A stretch of 64,000 nucleotides of DNA from Malacoraja senta (Eukaryota), in NCBI GenBank assembly GCA_038087875.1, contig CM075988.1, positions 4,402,001 through 4,466,000 of the forward strand, given 5' to 3'. The number at the start of each line of letters is the position of its first letter. The first letter of the stretch is position 1. Below the pieces are notes generated by a model that saw nothing but the letters and a program-made list of their open reading frames with translations, made no database searches and was not told the origin of the DNA. This document shows, in pieces, positions 1 to 13,293 of the stretch. A program made the translations under genes and the position numbers.

Positions 1-439
1 TTGTCTACAGGTGATTCCATACATAGGTTTTCACTTTTCACCATTTTTTTATATTCAATAAATCTGAGCATTACAGTAATGTCCACATCCTGTGAATGAA
101 TGATTAAATAACTTAGCTTGTGGCTATATTTGGTTTAGTTTAGTTTAGTTGAGAGATGCAGTGCGGAAACAGGCCCTTCGGCCCTTCGGCCCACCGTTCA
201 ACGCTGACAAGCGATCCCTGCACATTAACACTACCCGACACACACAAAGGACAATTTTACATCTATACCAAGCTAATTAACCTACAACCCTGTACGAAGG
301 GCCAGTGTGGAAAAAGGCCCTTTGGCCCACCGAGTCCGTGCCGACCAGCGTTCCCCTACACTAACCTCTGCCCACAGTCCCCCCTGCAGCCCAACACTCT
401 CCCCCTCAATCCCCCTAGTCCACTTCCTCTGCCCTTTCT

Positions 440-2090
440 TTGGTGAGTCTGACCACCAATGCTGAGCAGATGAAGAAGGAGGTGAGCAGACTCCGGCGAG
501 GCCAAGGTGCAGGTCCCGATGGTGTCACTCTAGGGTGCTCAAGGCATGTGTTTAGGAAGGAACTGCAGATGCTGGAAAATCGAAGGTAGACAAAAGTGCT
601 GGAGAAACTCAGCGGGTGCAGCAGCATCTATGGAGCGAGAAGGGTTTCGGCCCGAAAGGTTGCCTTTTTCATAATAGGCAATGTTTCGGGCCGAAACCCT
701 TCTTCAGACTGCTTAAAATTTATAGTGGATGTCGGTCAGAAGTCTGTCACCTGCGATGGAGATAGTGAGGTCAAGAAATGGTAGGGAAATGTCGGAAATG
801 GTGCAGGTGTATTTTGAGTGCCGGATGGAAGTTAGTGGTGAAGCGGATGAAGTCAGTCAGTTGTGTGTGGGTGCAGGAGGTGGCACCAAAGGAATCGTCG
901 GTGTAGCGGAGGTAGAGGTCGGGAATAGGGCCCTGGCATGCCTCGAACAAGGTTTGTTTGACATACCCGACAAAGAGGCAGGCGTAGCTGGGGCCCATGC
1001 ATGTGCCCATAGCTACGCCTTGTATTTGGTGGAAATGGGAGGAGTCAAACGAGAAGTTATTGAGGGTAAGGACCAACTCCGCTAGGCAGAGGAGAGTATC
1101 AGTGAACGGGTATAGGTTGATTCTCTGGTCAAGGAAGAACCGGAGGGCATGGAGACCATCCTGGTGGGGGATGGAGGTGTAGAGTGACTGGACGTCCATG
1201 GTGAAGATGAGCGGATGGGGGCCTAGAGAATGGAATGCCTGGAGACAACGGAGAGTGTCTGAGGTGTCTTGAACATAGGTAGGGAGGGATTTAACCAGGG
1301 GGGATAGGATGGAGTCAAGGTATGTGGAAATAAGTTACCAGGACACTCTGAACAAGGGTTTCGGCCTGAAACGTTGCCTATTTCCTTCACTCCATAGATG
1401 CTGCTGCACCCACTGAGTTTCTCCAGCACTTTTATCTGCTCAAGGCATGTGCCAGCCAGTTGTGCGGAGTACTCCAACATACCTTCAACCTGAGCCTGAG
1501 CCTGGAGAAGGTTCCCGTGATGTGGAAGACATCCTGCCTGGTTCCTGTACCAAAGAGGACGCGTCCCAGCTCCTCCAATGACTACAGACCGGTGGCGCTG
1601 ACTTCACACATCATGAAGTCCCTGGAGAGGCTGGTGCTCACTTACCTGGTGACCCCTGGTTAAACCCTACCTGGACCCCCTGCAGTTCGCTCACCAAGCA
1701 AAGTTGGAGGTTGAGGACGCCATCACCCACCTGCTCCATCATTCCTATGCTCACCGGGATAAGCCGGGAAGCATTGTGAGAATCATGTTTTTTGACTTCC
1801 ACAGTGCTTTTAACACCATCCGGCCTGCACTGCTAGGGAGCAAACTGACGAAGATGCGGGTGGATACTCCACTGGTGTCTTGGATCACCAACTACCTGAC
1901 TGGACGACCACAATATGTCAGGCAACAGAACTGTGTCTCGGACATGGTGGTGAGCAACACAGGGGCCCCACAGGGATGGTCCTTTCTCCATTCCTGTTCA
2001 CCATCTACTCCTTGGACTTCAGATATAACTCGAGCTCCTGCCACCTGCAGAAGTTTTCAGATGACTCTGCAATTGTGGGTTGCATCACCG
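440..2090 (+). mobile_element. Rex1/Babar-clade LINE RT fragment (degenerate), split by a Penelope insertion at 551-1436
   Basis: Peptides [56 protein letters not shown] across frameshifts; host sequence resumes after duplicated tgctcaaggcatgtg. Confidence 0.85.
551..1436 (-). mobile_element. Penelope-like element fragment (RT motifs A-C) bounded by inverted pLTR pieces, 15-bp TSD
   Basis: ORF 771-1199(-) MDVQSLYTSIP..QIQGVAMGT..RYTDD, near-identical to 15498-16856; TSD tgctcaaggcatgtg at 536-550 and 1437-1451. Confidence 0.9.
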
Positions 2091-2139
2091 AACATACTCT
2101 TCTTCCAATGTATCCTGCTGCAGTCTTTAGACTCTACTT

Positions 2140-2415
2140 TGCTTCAGAGATGCAGAGCGGAAACATACCCTTCGGCCCACCCCTCCAGTAACACTCTCCT
2201 ACACACACTGGGACAATTCGCAGAAGCCAATTACCCGACAAAACCTGCACGTCTTTGGAATGGGGAAAGAAACTGGAGCACGCGGAGAAAACCCACACAG
2301 TCACAGGGAGAACGTACAAAATCCAAACAAACAGCACCCGTAGTCAGGATCGAGCCTGGGTCTCTGGTGTTGTAAAGTGGCAACTCTAGCACTGCGCCAC
2401 CGTTGCCGCCCTGTG
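2140..2415 (-). mobile_element. tRNA-derived V-SINE (HE1-like)
   Basis: Minus strand ggtggcgcagtgctagagttgcc...gctcgatcctgactacgggtgctg (Pol III A/B boxes); body shared with many copies in the window. Confidence 0.8.
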
Positions 2416-3642
2416 GGCCTCGCACGGTTTTTGACTATACTTTCTCCGAGGCTCCAACACTATATTCTGCACTCAATTAATTCTATTTTTTAGACTCCCT
2501 GTTGTGTTCGTGCATGTAAATCATGAACAGTATGGCTTGCCTAAGGTTTGATGAAGGGCCCCGACCCAAAACGTCACCTATCCATTTTCTCCAGAGCTGC
2601 TGCTGGAGCACGAGGTACTTTAATGTTTGTGTCCATAAGTGGCAGGAGCAGCATTAGGCCATTCAGCCCATCTAGTCTACTCCGCCATTCAATCATGGCT
2701 GATCTATCTCTCCCTCCTAACCCCATTCTCCTGCATTCTCCCCATAACCCGTGACACCCGTACTAATCAAGAATCTATCTATCTCCGCCCTTTAAAATAT
2801 CCATTGACTTGGCCTCCACAGCCTTCTGTGGCAAAGAATTCCACAGATTCACCACCCTCTGACTCAAGAAACCCCTCCTCATCTCCTTCCTAATAGAACA
2901 TCCTTTAATTCTGAGGCTATGGCCTCGACATCTAAAGTTTTTCACTGCAGCTCGGAGCACGTGGCAAAAATAAACCAATACTAATGTCAATACACTGCCT
3001 CTTACTTTAACTTGCTCCTTTTTTCTATCTGCATCAAAAATGGTCATCTCAGCCTAACATTAGTTAGGCCCTTTTGCTTTTCATTTCCTACTTTGAGCTC
3101 TAAACTGCAGGGCATATTCCACAGCCTGACATAGAACAGCACAGGAATATCTGAAGAAGGGTCTCAACCTGTAACGTCACCCATTCCTTCTCTCCAGAGA
3201 TGCAGCCTGTCCCGCTGATTTACTCCAGCATTATGTGTCTATCACAAGGAAGGAATAGGCCCTTCAGCCCATAATGTCTGTGCCGAACATGATGTCAAGA
3301 TACTGTACACTAATCTCATCTGCCTGCACCACTGCCCAGTTCATCATCAGCTCTGACCTCCCCACCATTGAAGGGATCTATCGCAGTCGCTGCCTCAAAA
3401 AGGCTGCCAACATCAGCAAGGACCCACCCCATCCTGGCCACACACTCATCTCTCCATTGCCATCGGGAAGAAGGTACAGGAGCCTGACATCTGTAACATT
3501 CAGGTTCAGGAACAGCTACTTCCCCACAGCCATCAGGCTATTAAACACAACATCATGAAGCTCTGAACAATAACAATCTATTATTATTATTGCACTTTAT
3601 CTGTTTATTTATTGTATACATTTGGTCTATGGTCTATAGACA

Positions 3643-5227
3643 CGGTACCCGGACGTGGCACCGACAGACAAGAATCCGAAGCAAAGAAGTCAAAGCCAAA
3701 GAACCAAATGGAAATGAACCGAAACGCCAATAAACCGCAAGAGTCCGAAGATGAAACGCCTACTAACCGAAAGGATGGGACGCCTAAATGCAAACTAACC
3801 GAAAGGGCGGGACGCCTAAAAGCCAATGAACCGAAAGGCTGCGTCGCCTAAAAGCAAACTTATCGAATAGCCGCTCTGTCGAAACGCCACCCACCCGAAA
3901 GGCGGCGTCGCCTACAGGCCAAAGGACCGACAGCCGCTCAACAGAAACGTCCAATAACAGACATGACGTTGCCGGGGGGCGGGACTTGTCAGCGATTGGT
4001 CCAGACCCCCGCGTCCACCACATCACTGTGAAGTCCCAAACCTCCGCTCCACCCGACCCGCAGCCCGCGGAGGGTGGCGGTGGGAGAGTGGGGGCTGTCC
4101 CGAGTGATGCGCACCTTCGGCCGCTTTCAACTTGGTGCTTGGGTTCAGATTGCCCAGTCACCTATAGCTTGTGTGGGAAAATGAACCCCACGCTCCCGTC
4201 TCCCCCTTCTCTCTCCCCTCTTCTCTCTCCCCCCTCTCTCTCCCTTCTCTCTCTCCCCTTCTCTCCCCCTTCTCTCGCTCCTCCGTCTCCACCCGCGGGA
4301 GCGTCCCACAGTCACTGACTGTGATGCACCGCCATCAGTGACTGTTGTCAGTGACTGCGGGACGCTCCCGCGGGTGGAGACGGAGGAGCGAGAGAAGGGG
4401 GAGAGAAGGGGAGAGCGAGAAGGGAGAGAGAGGGGGAGAGAGAAGGGGGGAGAGAGAAGGGAGAGAGAGAAGGGGAGAAAGAGAAGGGAGGGAGAGAGAA
4501 GGGAGAGAAAGGGGGGAGAGAGGAGGGGAAGAGAATGGAGAAGAGTGGAGAGAGAGGGGGAGGAGAGAGAAGAGGGGAGAGAGAGGAGGAGAGAGAAGGG
4601 AGAGAGAGAAGGGAGAAAGAGAGGGGGAGATAGAGAAGAGGAGGAGAGAGAAGGGGAGACGGGAGCGTGGGATTCATTTTCCCACACAAGCCATAGGTGA
4701 CTGGGCAATCTGAACCCAAGCACCAAGTTCAAAGTGGCCGAAGGTGTGCATCCCTCGGGACAGCCCCCACTCTCCCACGGCCACCCTCCACGGGCTGCGG
4801 GTCGGGTGGAGCGGAGGTTAGGGACAATGTTCCTGCCTTCACAGTGATGTGATGGATGCGGGGGTCTGGACCAATCGCTGACAAGTCCCGCCCCCCGGCA
4901 ACGTCATGTCCGTTATTGGACGTTTCTGTTGAGCGGCTGTCGGTTCTTTGGCCTGTAGGCGCCGCCGCCTTTCGGGTGGGTGGCGTTTCGACAAAGCGGC
5001 CATTCGGTAAGTTTGCTTTTAGGCGACGCAGCTTTTCGGTTCGTTGGCTTTTAGGCGTCCCGCCCTTTCGGTTAGTTTGCATTTAGGTGTCCCATCCTTT
5101 CGGTTAGTAGGCATTTCGTCTTCGGACTCTTGCGGTTTATTGGCGTTTCGGCCACGTTTCCATTCGGTTCTCTGGCTTCGACTTATTTGCTTCGGCCTCT
5201 CGTCCGTCGGCGCCACGTCCGCACACG
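3643..5227. mobile_element. Non-autonomous foldback DNA transposon (long inverted arms, about 27-nt spacer)
   Basis: 3643-4319 is the reverse complement of 4347-5227 apart from substitutions and a GA/CT microsatellite length difference; flanked by atagaca(c) at 3636 and 5228; internal ccgaaagg..cgcctaa subrepeats. Confidence 0.85.
4390..4660 (+). repeat. Purine-only (GA/GGA) low-complexity tract; its mirror is the CT tract at about 4197-4275
   Basis: Directly visible. Confidence 0.95.
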
Positions 5228-6229
5228 ATAGACACACTGAACTTTATTTCCTGTTCTGTATTATGTTTACATATTCTGTTGTGCTGAAGCAATGTAAGAA
5301 TTTCATTGTCCTATCTGGGACACATGACAATAAATTCTCTTGATTCTTGACTCGTGAAGTACCTTTCCATTCCAAGCACATCCATATGCCTGTCTAAAAG
5401 CCTCTTCAACATCACTATCGAATCCGCCTCCACCACCACCCAGGCACTCACCACTCTCTGTGTAAAAAACTTACCCACACACCTCCTTTAAACTTTTCCC
5501 TACCTGCGATCCCCGCACATTAACACTATCCTACACACATTATGAACTATTTTACATTTATACCAACCTTATTAACCCACAATCTTCGAGGTCTTTGGAG
5601 TGTAGCGGGAAATCAAAGATCTCAGAGAAAACCCACGCAGGTCACTGGGAGAAAGTACAAACTCCGTACAGACAGCACCTGTAGTCGGGATCGTTCCTGG
5701 GTCTCTGGTGCTGAACTTCTGCCCACAATGTCTGTGCCAAACATGATGCCAAGATAAACTAAACTGCACATAATCCATGTCCCTCTATTCCCTGCATATC
5801 CATGTGCCTATCTAAAAATCTCTTAAATGCCACTACTGTATCTGCTGCCACCACTACCCCTGGCAGTGTATTCCAGAAATTCACCATTGACTATCCTGGT
5901 CTATCCTTTACTGGCTTTACCTTGTATGAAACCTGATTCCCTTCTCATGTACCTGTACACTGTCAATAGCTCGATTGTAATCATGTATTGTCTTTCCGCT
6001 GACTGGATAGCACGCAACAATAGCTTTTCACTGTACCTCAGAACATGTGACAATAAACTAAACTAAACCAAACTAAACTAAAATATTGCCGACACATCTT
6101 TAAACTTTGCCCCTCTCTTGTTATAGCTATGCCCTATAGTCATTGACATTTCCACCCTGGGGAAACAAGGTCTGACTGTCTATCGTATCTATGGCAAAGA
6201 GTGGCAAAGGCAGTCACGCTCTTCATTTT

Positions 6230-7090
6230 AATCTAGGAGTCTACTTCAATGTTTTTTAATGAAACAATGTTCTCACTAATTGTATCCTGCTGATTCTGGC
6301 TCCTCTTCCCAAGCTCATAGTTTTCGGCTATTTGTAATGGCCTGAGGATCCCATGGGATCTGACGTTCCAGAGCAGCCTACCATGCTGAACTTCATCAAC
6401 CTTTTTAGTTACCTCCTCAAAAAACTCAATCAGATTCATGAGACGTGATCTCCCACATACAAAACCATGCTCACTATTCCGAACCTGTCCCTGTCTATTC
6501 AAATGCATAGATATCTTATCCCTCACAATAGTAATAATAATAATAATAATAGATTTTATTTATATAGCGCTTTTCAGGACTCAAAGTCGCTTACTCTCCA
6601 TCTATACGGACACACCGGAAGAACCATCAGTAATATCATCTTTGACAACTGCTATGACCTTGTCCTTAATCAATAAGGCAACACCTTCTATTTTACCCTC
6701 CCCTCCACCCCTCCTACTATCTTTAGTGAAGCATCTGACCCTGGAACAAAAAGCTGCCAGTCCCGAGAGGAGATTTAGCAACTGGTGTTGCACCTCCTGA
6801 AGTTGATGGGGAAAGTACCTGGGGAGGGGGTGGTTTTGATGTGAGTGACGTGTGAACTAATGAGTTGCGAAATGGCCCTACAACTAAATGGCCTGCCCCT
6901 TATTCTTAAACTGTGACCCCTGGTTCTGGACTCTTCCAACATTGTTAACATTTTTCCTGCATCTAGCCTGTCCAATCCCTTCAGAATCTTATATGATTTT
7001 CCCCTCTCCTCTTTCTAAATTCCAGTGAATAAAAGCCCAGTCAATCCATTCCATCATATGTCAGTCCCACCATCCCGGGAATCAATGAAG
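6230..7090 (-). mobile_element. CR1/HER1 LINE fragments (RT, endonuclease and 3' pieces) with a short L2-type tail at about 6530-6595
   Basis: SEHGFVCGRSRLMNLIEFFEEVTKKVDE; GVALLIKD; ESRTRGHSL. Confidence 0.7.
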
Positions 7091-7624
7091 AGCCTTACCC
7101 TGCAGTATTAGAGGCCCAGTCAGGTTTGGAGATGGGGTCGGATGGGTCGGGGAGTACTTTGTAAACTGGCATGACAAATTCATGACATGGCTTCATTTTT
7201 ATTTGATCTCATTATTGTGTTGTAGTCTTCCAAGTATTAAAGTTATAATTTCATTCGTCGTTTTTGGAAATTCTGGGAATTCGACGAAGGTAGGAAATGG
7301 GCAGCACAGTAGACCAACTCGTTCCCTATCAATCCCATTCTCCGGCCTTCTCCACACAACCCCTGATACCCATACTAATCAAGAATCTATCAATCTCCAC
7401 CTTGAAAATATCCATTGACTTGGCCTCCACAACCCTCTGTGGCAATGAAGTCCACAGATTCACCACCCTCTGACTAAAGAAATTCCTCCTCATCTCCTTA
7501 GTGTCAGGGGTAAAGTACTTGGGAAGTACTGGGCTCAGGAAAGGTGCTTCATTTCTACAAGCCCCTGGAGCTTTGAATTCAGGTTTCTTTGTGTTGCTGG
7601 TAAAGTAGTGGGCAGTAGTGTAGC

Positions 7625-8230
7625 GATGTAATGCTGAGGCTCTTCAAGACGCTGGTCAGGCCATATTTGGAGTATTGTGAGCAATTTTGGGCGCCATATC
7701 TGAGGAAGGATATGCTGGCTCTGGAGAGGTTCCAGAGGAGGTTTACAAGAATGATCCCAGGAATGAGTGTGTTAACATATGATCAGGGTTTGACGGCACT
7801 GGGCCTGTACTCGCTGGAGTTTAGTAGAATGAGGGGAGACCTGATTGAAACATACAGAATAGTGAAAGGCTTGGATAGAGTGGATGCGGGGAAGATGTTT
7901 CCACTAGTGGGAGAATCTAGGACCAGAGGCCATAGCCTCAGAATAAAAGGACGCTACTTTAGGAAGGAGATGAGGAGGAATTTCTTTAGTCAGAGGGTGG
8001 TGAATCTGTGGAATTGTTTGCCACAGAAGGCTGTGGAGGCCAAGCCAATGGATATTTTTATGGCAGAGATAGATAGATTATTGATTAGTACGTGTGTCTA
8101 GGGTTATGGGGAGAAGGCAGGAGAATGGGGTTAGGAGGGAGAGATAGATCAGCTATGATTGAATGGTTGAGTAGACTTGATGGGCTGAATAGCCTAATCC
8201 TGCTCCAATCACATGACCTTGTGACCTTAT
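7625..8230 (+). mobile_element. CR1 (HER1-like) LINE 3' end
   Basis: LFKTLVRPYLEYCEQFWAPY..LERFQRRFTRMIPG..RGDLIETY..TRGHSL..FFSQRVVNLWN followed by 3' UTR. Confidence 0.9.
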
Positions 8231-8689
8231 GATAAAGAGAACATCTTCCGCAGATACAGAAGAGCAGACTGTCCATCAGAGAGCACAGCAATTACAGTGG
8301 TGAATTTTTACATTAATTATACGAAGCAAGCAGAATCCATGTTGAGTTTATGAAAATGAGGCCCGTGTTCCTTGTCCCTCTGGTTCTGTGGGTGGCCTGC
8401 CACTGCACAGACTGGTAATTGTACAGCCCTGATCTTTGGAAATTAATTGAATGTGTGACAAACAGCGGCTTTGCTGAGGGAACTGGCTGCATTGATGAGA
8501 AACACGTTCCCGTTGAGCTCACTTATGAACACATAATTAGATCGGGCCGATGATCAGAGGGCCACGCTTTTCATTCACCTCATTCTTTGATTCCTCCTTG
8601 TGCGAAGGCAGTGTGAAACAAAAAGGTTAGCCTTCGGGAAAGTAAGCTGGGAGCTCTGCATACGGTGCACTGGAATTACTTTGGACTCT

Positions 8690-8980
8690 GGTTTAGTTTA
8701 GAGATACAGGCCCTTCGGCCCACTGAGTCCACGCCGACGTGCGATCCCCGCACACTAACGCTATCCTACACACACTAGGGACAATTTAGAATTTACATGG
8801 AGTCAATTAACCTACTAACCCGCACATCTTTGGAGTGTGGGAGGAAACTGGAGCAGCCGGCGAAAACCCACGTGGGTCACGGGGAGAACGTACAAACTCC
8901 ATGTAGACAGCATGCGTAGTCAGGATTGAACCTGGGTCCCTGGCTCTATAAGGCAGCAACTCTACCGCTGCGCCACCATG
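8690..8980 (-). mobile_element. V-SINE (HE1-like)
   Basis: A/B boxes on minus strand and (ctaaa)n tail. Confidence 0.8.
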
Positions 8981-9304
8981 CAGTCTAACCTGCGATTGTT
9001 AGACCCAGTGCAGGAAGCACACAAAATTCATGCTTCCCACATATGGACACTGTTTATCAGCTGAGCAAATGCCCATGCATTCCTTTACTTTACATCAGGG
9101 TGAAGAAAGTGACCTCAAATTTAAACCAGCCCTTTGTCTCTTAAAGGGAGATGGCCATCAATATACTGCTCACTGTTCTAACAGGGCAACATGGCAGTTT
9201 AGGTTTAGGTCTATTATTTGTCATGTGTACAGAGATACAAAGAAAAACTTTGTTTTGCATGCTATTCAATCGGTGATAATGTTATACATGAATATTGGGA
9301 CCTA

Positions 9305-10152
9305 TGAGCACTGAGAGTCAGCTGCCCTGCCAGCAGCATGTTCGTTATTTTGACGTTTTTTGTTCTTTTTAGTATGTCCAAAAGTTTGTTTTAGTGTCTC
9401 TCGGTATGTCTTGCGTGAGGGGTAGTGGGGGGGAAAAGGGGGAAACTGTTTTTCAGTCACTTCCTCGATGGAGAGGCAACTTTTTTCCGTGTTGCTTCTC
9501 CGCCTCCCCTCTCGCGGCCTGGCAGCTTAGATTGGAGTAGCCTTTCCCGGTATCGGGCCCGGAGATTCAGCAGCGGGCGCAGCATGGACTTTTCCATCGC
9601 GGAGTGGGCGAGCTCTTGCCGGGGGTTGCCAGAAAGGAGTGCTCCGATCGCTGGCTTGGTGACTTTGGCATTGTGGGGCTGTGGTCTACGGAGCTTCTAG
9701 CCACGGGCGTGGCATGGACTTACCATCCGGGGTCTGGGATCCCTTGCTGGGGATCGCCGGAGAAGAGCTCCATCCGCCAGCCTGCGCCTATAACATCGTG
9801 AAGCCGCGGTCTCCGGTGGGAGGGTGGCCGATTCGGGCACTCCAGGCCGCGGAGTGTGTTGAGCCGTCCCGACGTTGGCGTTTCGATTATCCCGACGAGA
9901 GGGCATGTACATCTGGCCATCCGTAGCGGCGACTATGGAGGGTTCATGGCCCCGACCACGGGTGAACAAAGGAGGAGGACTGGCTGAACTTGGTTGCCTT
10001 CCACCACAGTGGAGAATGCTGTGGTGGATGTTTGTGTTGGATTCTATTGCGTACTGTGTGTTCTTTATTCAATTGTATCATTGCTGGCAAATTAATTTCC
10101 CTGTGCCTTAGTTGATGCATGTGATGAATAAATTTGTATTGTATTGTATTGA
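9305..10152 (+). mobile_element. Non-coding, GC-rich non-autonomous retroposon of about 0.85 kb with Rex1-like tail
   Basis: Same architecture as 18755-19545: T-rich leader, CpG-rich core, ccttccaccacagt...tgtggtggatg hairpin, aataaa plus (ttgta)n tail. Confidence 0.55.
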
Positions 10153-11269
10153 ATACACTCAAGCAAAGAGAAAAAATACCAGAGCGCAGAATAGACTTTC
10201 ATTGTTGTGAAACAGTTTGAAAATGATAAGGATGATGATAGTTTATAATCTTTTCAACCCAGCAGTTTACATAGCCGGGGATGCGTGATGGGCAAAATGG
10301 CCAACATAGGGAACCTAGCGATGTTCGTGAGGCAATGAATATATTTATCAAGGTGCTTGGGTTCAACAACACACCTAGTTTGGTTAAAATAAACATTGGG
10401 GCTTGTAAGCAGCTGAGGATAATAAAACTACTCGGGAGTACTGGCATTTATGGTACCTATTTGTTATACAAATGGGAAGAGTGGTATACTAAGTAACAGC
10501 AAGCATAACATTAAAGATAACTCTGGGGAAAGACTAAGAGAACAGGTTACAGAGACATTGATCCATGATGACTTATTTTAAAAATGTAGAATCCACAAGT
10601 AGCCATTGTGTCGTGAGAATATAAAAATGCTGTAGATGCTGTGGTCTTTGAAACACTTTGGGTTCTCTCAGAGTGCACAATGCGCACTGTTAAGGTCTTC
10701 AATAAACCGAATTGTTCGAGAGACTCACCGCTGGTCTACAAGATGTTTCATTTTGTGTCTGTGCCTATCTGTCACGGGACTTTCAGTAGTCTGATAACTG
10801 AGGATTAGAACCTGTTCCTAAGTCTGGTGTACGTACTTTCACTATCTTTGTGATAGAGATTCTCAATACTTGTTTTCCTCTCTCAATCCTCTTTTTTTCA
10901 GTTATACATTTCTTTGGGATCAGGGCATGAAAGGCAAGGCCAGTATTTACTGCCCATTCCTATTTCCCCTTGGCAAAGTCATGGTGAGCTGCCTTAGACA
11001 GTTGCATTTATACTTCTTATGGACATAAGTGGAGAGTTAGCCTTTCCAGTCATAAGTTTATAAGTTCTACGAGCCCATCAAGTCTATTCTTCCATTCAAT
11101 CATGGCTGACCTATCTTTCCCTCTGAACCTCATTCTCCTGCTTTTTCCCCTGACACCCTTACTAATCAAGAACCTATCAATCTCCAACTTAAAAATACCC
11201 AACAGCTGTCTGTGGCAATGAATTTCACAGATTCACCACCCTCTGACTAAAGAAATTCATCCTCATGCC

Positions 11270-12970
11270 ATCTTAAGTCCATGCCAGTTCTCAAGGTCAA
11301 GGCATCAATCCTATTCTTCAACTTGTAACCTTCTCGAGCCCCCATTCGCTGTGATGGTACTTCAGTCACAGTCACAGAGGCCTGCGTCAGAAAATCCTTC
11401 AGAGGGGTGAACCCTCGAAAAGTGCCTGGACCTGATGGTATAACCGGTCGTGTTCTAAAAACCTGTGCGGACCAACTGGCTGGAGTTTTTGCAGACATTT
11501 TCAACCTCTCACTTCTGAGGTCCGAGGTTCCCACCTGCTTTAAAAGGGCATCAATAATACCGGTGCCCAAGAAGAGCAAGGTGACGTGCCTCAACGACTA
11601 TCGACCAGTGGCACTAACGTCAGTGGTGATGAAGTGCTTCGAGAGGTTGATCATGGTGCAAATCAACTCCTACCTCAAGAAAAATCTGGACCCACTGCAG
11701 TTTGCTTACTGCCACAACAGATCAACAGTGGATGCGATCTCGTTGGCTCTCCACTCCACTCTGGACCACTTGGACAACAAAAACTCATATGTCAGGCTGT
11801 TATTCATTGATTACAGCTCGGCATTTAATACAATCATCCCCTCCAAGCTGGTTACCAAATTCTCAGATCTGGGTCTCTGCGCATCCCTCTGCAATTGGAT
11901 CCTCGACTTCCTCATTCAAAGACCACAGACTGTTCGTATTGGTGGAATTGTGTCAGCCTCGATAACAATCAGCACGGGAGCACCTCAAGGCTGCGTGCTC
12001 AGCCCCCTGCTGTACTCACTCTATACTCATGACTGCGTAGCCGGTCATAGTGCGAACTCCATCATCAAGTTCGCTGACGACACTACTGTTGTGGGACGTA
12101 TCACTGATGGGGACGAGTCAGAGTACAGAAGAGAGATCGACCGACTGACCAAACGGTGCCTGCACAATAACCTGGTCCTCAATACCAGCAAAACCAAGGA
12201 ACTGATTGTGGACTTTGGAAGGGGTAGGATGGGGACCCACAGTCCCGTTTATATCAACGGGTCGATGGTGGAAAGGGTCAAGAGTTTCAAATTCCTGGAC
12301 GTGCACATCTCTGAAGAACTCACCTGGTCCGAGAACACTGATGCTATCATAAAGAAAGCACATCAGCGCCTGTACTTCCTGAGATTACGGAGAGTCGGTA
12401 TGTCAAGGAGGACTCTCTCTAACTTCTACAGGTGCACAGTAGAGAGCATGCTGACCAGTTGCATCGTGACTTGGTTCGGCAACTTGAGTGCCCAGGAGCA
12501 AAAAAGATTACAAAAAGTAGTAAACACTGCCAGGTCCATCATCGGCTCTGACCTCCCTACCATTGAGGGGATCTATCGCAGTCGCTGCCTCAAAAAGGCT
12601 GGCAGTATCATCAAGGACCCACACCATTCTGGCCACACACTCATCTCCCTGCTACCTTCAGGTAGAAGGTACAGGAGCCTGAAGACTGCAACGTCCAGGT
12701 TCAGGAACAGCTACTTCCCCACAGCCATCAGGCTATTGAACTCAACTCAAACAAAACTCTGAACATTAATAGCCCATTATCAGTTTATTTGCACTTTATC
12801 AGTTTTATTTATTCATGTGTGTATACATTTATACAATGGTATATGGACACACTGATCTGTTCTGTATTCATGCCTTCTATATTCTGTTGTGTTGAAACAA
12901 AGTAAGAATGTAATTGTCCTATCTGGGACACATGACAATAAACTCTCTTGAATCTTGAATCTTGAATCTT
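11270..12970 (+). mobile_element. Rex1/Babar-clade LINE, 5'-truncated, young
   Basis: Uninterrupted RT ORF, 3' UTR, tgacaataaa and (cttgaat)n tail at about 12946-12969. Confidence 0.92.
11407..12762 (+). CDS. Non-LTR reverse transcriptase, C-terminal part (Rex1/Babar), 451 aa
   Basis: [57 protein letters not shown] motifs. Confidence 0.9.
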   Translation: MNPRKVPGPDGITGRVLKTCADQLAGVFADIFNLSLLRSEVPTCFKRASIIPVPKKSKVTCLNDYRPVALTSVVMKCFERLIMVQINSYLKKNLDPLQFAYCHNRSTVDAISLALHSTLDHLDNKNSYVRLLFIDYSSAFNTIIPSKLVTKFSDLGLCASLCNWILDFLIQRPQTVRIGGIVSASITISTGAPQGCVLSPLLYSLYTHDCVAGHSANSIIKFADDTTVVGRITDGDESEYRREIDRLTKRCLHNNLVLNTSKTKELIVDFGRGRMGTHSPVYINGSMVERVKSFKFLDVHISEELTWSENTDAIIKKAHQRLYFLRLRRVGMSRRTLSNFYRCTVESMLTSCIVTWFGNLSAQEQKRLQKVVNTARSIIGSDLPTIEGIYRSRCLKKAGSIIKDPHHSGHTLISLLPSGRRYRSLKTATSRFRNSYFPTAIRLLNSTQTKL

Positions 12971-13293
12971 ATCCAATTCTCTCTCACATGGAAGATAGAC
13001 ACAAAATGCCAGAGTAACTCAGCGGGACAGGCAGCATCTCTGGAGAGAAAGAATAGATGACATTCTGGTTTGAGACCCTTCTTCAGACTGAGTGTCTCCA
13101 TCGACTGATGTACACGAGGAGTGAGTTACAAAAAAAACACAATTAAACAGCCGCACAACTATTCTTGGAGATGCGGGAGGAAACAAAAATATCTTGGGAA
13201 ACCCTTGCAGCCACAGAGAGAATGCACAAACCCCAGTGATAACACTGGATGTGATGAATGGGAGTGCACTGATTCAGTTAGACGGATACACAC

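Larger units (their letters stand above)
3325..5350 (+). mobile_element. Rex1-like LINE 3' end and 3' UTR, interrupted by the foldback element
   Basis: [41 protein letters not shown] matches the C-terminus of 11407-12762; UTR resumes at 5228 and ends tgacaataaa..cttga. Confidence 0.85.

Noticed and set aside
4145..4732. Arg/Glu-rich and Leu/Ser/Pro-rich ORFs
   Set aside because: Translations of the GA/CT microsatellite
3605..5237. Mirror-image ORF pairs on both strands
   Set aside because: By-product of the inverted repeat; no transposase motifs
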